The notes beneath the pieces are model-generated. The model searched no databases. It was not told where the DNA came from and saw only the letters and a program-made list of their open reading frames with translations. Positions 61,716 through 64,000 of a stretch of 64,000 bases of DNA are shown piece after piece (position 1 is the stretch's first letter; every line of letters begins with the position of its first letter). The position numbers and the translations under genes were made by a program. This DNA comes from an uncultured Syntrophomonadaceae bacterium (lineage in GTDB: Bacteria; Bacillota; Dethiobacteria; DTU022): assembly GCA_964436815.1 (NCBI GenBank), contig CAYTER010000006.1:2591-66590 (forward strand). The letters run 5' to 3'.

Positions 61716-64000
61716 AGAACGAGGCATGAACGCCAGGATCAAAAAATTAAGAGCACAAAGTGAAAACACTGCTCCGGAAATATCTCCCGAAAGAGCTTTA
61801 ATTGTTACGGAAACATATAAAAAAGAATCCGGCAAAGTTTCCACCCTGATGCTTAGGGCACTCACTTTTAAGAATTTAATGGAACAGAAAACAATTTGCA
61901 TTAATGAAGGCGAACTGATTGTTGGTGAAAGGGGAACGGGACCGCAGGTAACCCCAACCTACCCTGAATTATGCTGTCATACCATAGACGATCTTGATGT
62001 TATCAGCAACCGTGAAAAAATCTCTTTCAAAGTAAGCGCTGAAACCAAAAAGATTCAACAACAGGAAATCATTCCTTTTTGGAAAGATCGCTCCATGCGG
62101 GAAACTATATTTAAAAAAATGAATCAGCAGTGGCTGGATTGCTATCAGGCCGGCCTGTTTACTGAGTTTATGGAGCAACGCGCTCCGGGTCATACAGTAG
62201 CTGGGAACAAAATATATGACACAGGAATGTTGGATATTATTGCATTAATTGATAAAAGACTGTCAGAAAGCGATCGCCAGGAAAGCTTTTTAAGCGCAGA
62301 ACAGCAGGAAGAACTGAAGGCAATGGCAATATGCGCAAAAGCGTTAATCAGTTTTGCCGAACGTCATGCCGCTATGGCTGAACTGATAGTCGAGACAGAA
62401 ACAGACGCTGCCCGGAAAAAAGAGCTGCTGCAGATAGCCGAAGTCTGCCGGTACATACCTGCGCACGCTCCGCGCAACATGTGGGAAGCTTTACAGTACT
62501 ACTGGTTCGTTCACCTTGGTGTCATTACCGAACTCAATACCTGGGATGCTTTCTGTCCGGGACGTCTGGATCAACACCTTGAACCTTTTTATCAGAAAGA
62601 TCTCAAATCGGGAGCGCTAACACGCGAAAAAGCCAAGGAATTGCTTGAATGCTTTTGGATTAAATTTAACAATCAACCGGCGCCTCCAAAGGTTGGCATA
62701 ACCCTGAAAGAGAGCGGTACCTATACTGACTTTGCTAATATCAACCTTGGTGGAGTAAAGGCGGATGGTTCAGACGGCGTTAATGATTTGACTTATCTGC
62801 TGCTGGAAGTTATCGATGAGATGAGATTGCTGCAGCCAAGCACCAACGTGCAGGTCAGTAAAAAAAATCCGGATCTTTTTGTTCGAAAAGCGGGAGAAGT
62901 GATCCGCAAAGGCTGGGGACAGCCATCAGTTTTTAATGTCGAGGCTATCATCCAGGAGCTGTTAGGACAGGGAAAGTCTTTGATTGATGCCCGCTGTGGT
63001 GGAACGAGCGGCTGTGTGGAAACAGGTGCATTTGGTAAAGAAAGTTATATTCTGACCGGCTATTTTAACTTGACCAAAGTTTTAGAGATAACGCTGAATG
63101 ATGGTCTGGATCCCGCGACCGGAAAACTGATTGGGCTTGGGACGGGAAAAGAGGCCGCTTTTGAATCTTTTGATCATTTAATGGAAGCATTTAATAAGCA
63201 GCTGAATCATTTTATTGACATAAAAATAGAGGGCAATCAAATTATCGAAGAACTTTATGCCACCTTAATGCCGGCGCCATTCCTATCACTGATTATTGAC
63301 GATTGCATTGACAACGCCAGGGATTATAACGCAGGTGGATCCCGCTACAATACCAACTACATCCAGGGTGTGGGCATTGGGTCAATAACCGACAGTCTGA
63401 GCGCGATCAAGAAACATGTTTTCGAAGAACATCGATTGAGCATGTCCGAACTGCTTGAGATCCTAAAAAGTAATTTTTCCGGCCAAGAGCACGTCAGGCA
63501 GCTACTGATCAATAAAACTTCTCATTACGGCAATGATGATGAATACGCAGATGAGATAATGAAAAAAGTGTTTCATCTGTTCCATGCGGCCGTTGATGGC
63601 AGGGCGAGCTATCGCGGCGGAACTTATAGGATTAACATGCTTCCAACAACCTGTCATGTTTATTTCGGTTCAGTGATTGGAGCTACTCCCGATGGAAGGC
63701 TAAGCGGCATGCCTTTATCGGAAGGAATATCCCCGGTTCAGGGTGTAGATTTAAATGGACCGACTGCCGTGATAAAATCAGCATCAAAAATGGACCATCT
63801 TTTAACCGGCGGTACTTTGCTCAATGTTAAATTTACACCGCAGGTTCTGTCAGGTGAGAAGGGTTTAGACAGTCTCGTTCACTTGATTCGTTCATATTTC
63901 AGATTAGACGGGCATCATATCCAGTTTAATGTAGTTGACTCGGAGATGCTCAAGAAAGCACAAAAATTTCCTGAACAGTACGGGAATTTAATCGTCAGGG
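61705..64000 (+). CDS. Glycyl radical enzyme, trans-4-hydroxy-L-proline dehydratase (HypD)-like (GRE-2). The 3' end lies beyond the window.
   Basis: Not in the ORF track because there is no stop in the window. ATG 61705 follows GGGGGTGGA and overlaps the activase stop by 11 nt. The frame is open to 64000 and ends ...EQYGNLIVR, just before the expected RVAGY glycyl motif. Contains FTEFMEQRAPGHT, NNQPAPPKVGITLKESGTYTDFANIN and GGTSGCVETG. Confidence 0.85.
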   Translation, partial: MSYEERGMNARIKKLRAQSENTAPEISPERALIVTETYKKESGKVSTLMLRALTFKNLMEQKTICINEGELIVGERGTGPQVTPTYPELCCHTIDDLDVISNREKISFKVSAETKKIQQQEIIPFWKDRSMRETIFKKMNQQWLDCYQAGLFTEFMEQRAPGHTVAGNKIYDTGMLDIIALIDKRLSESDRQESFLSAEQQEELKAMAICAKALISFAERHAAMAELIVETETDAARKKELLQIAEVCRYIPAHAPRNMWEALQYYWFVHLGVITELNTWDAFCPGRLDQHLEPFYQKDLKSGALTREKAKELLECFWIKFNNQPAPPKVGITLKESGTYTDFANINLGGVKADGSDGVNDLTYLLLEVIDEMRLLQPSTNVQVSKKNPDLFVRKAGEVIRKGWGQPSVFNVEAIIQELLGQGKSLIDARCGGTSGCVETGAFGKESYILTGYFNLTKVLEITLNDGLDPATGKLIGLGTGKEAAFESFDHLMEAFNKQLNHFIDIKIEGNQIIEELYATLMPAPFLSLIIDDCIDNARDYNAGGSRYNTNYIQGVGIGSITDSLSAIKKHVFEEHRLSMSELLEILKSNFSGQEHVRQLLINKTSHYGNDDEYADEIMKKVFHLFHAAVDGRASYRGGTYRINMLPTTCHVYFGSVIGATPDGRLSGMPLSEGISPVQGVDLNGPTAVIKSASKMDHLLTGGTLLNVKFTPQVLSGEKGLDSLVHLIRSYFRLDGHHIQFNVVDSEMLKKAQKFPEQYGNLIVR

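Overview
This is a gene-dense chromosomal segment of about 60 CDS and 4 tRNAs. I found no CRISPR array, transposase, integrase or rRNA. It looks like a strictly anaerobic, Gram-positive-type (Firmicutes-like) bacterium, judged from AGGAGG-type RBSs, a Cheo-type LexA box, a YolD partner protein, glycyl-radical enzymes, a tungsten-type AOR and an ADP-forming acetyl-CoA synthetase. All functional calls come from reading the translated ORFs and recognising family motifs by eye or from memory; no searches were run. Modules, left to right: (1) ADP-forming acetyl-CoA synthetase coupled to a BioD-like P-loop protein. (2) speD-speE-ndk. (3) A small putative Rrf2 regulon of Cys-rich proteins with a shared palindromic operator. 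(4) NfeD/SPFH/lipid kinase and tRNA-Leu. (5) A MerR+TetR dual-HTH regulator divergent from an R-specific beta-oxidation-like operon: split MFE-2-type dehydrogenase and hydratase, an HMG-CoA-synthase-fold protein fused to DUF35 that seems to lack its catalytic residues, an SCP-x-type thiolase, GctAB-like CoA-transferase, thiolase II and argF. (6) A G+C-rich SOS cassette of Y-family polymerase and YolD-like protein with a LexA box. (7) A purine-type locus: CaiB-type CoA-transferase, the AllH/AllF/AllG-like (DUF2877/FdrA/DUF1116) trio, NCS2 permease, PucR-type regulator and a three-subunit xanthine-dehydrogenase-family enzyme. It also carries selenium-dependent molybdenum-hydroxylase maturation markers (YqeB, a YqeC-MocA fusion) and two unannotated or uncharacterised small proteins. 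(8) A tRNA Thr-Tyr-Lys operon. (9) mtnP-mtnA-mtaD-surE, rtcB, and an OCD-family/serine-dehydratase-like pair. (10) Ferredoxin, a long AOR and a ThiS-like protein with no canonical start codon. (11) A Liv-type ABC transporter. (12) A thioredoxin-like/DsbD-like membrane protein. (13) Two divergent glycyl-radical enzyme + activase modules; one is HypD-like, and the other is uncharacterised and co-transcribed with a proline-racemase-superfamily member carrying Ser/Thr instead of the Cys/Cys dyad. The best candidates for new biology are the twin GRE/hydroxyproline-type locus, the pseudo-HMGCS-DUF35/thiolase module and the merged selenium-dependent hydroxylase + AllFGH-like locus.
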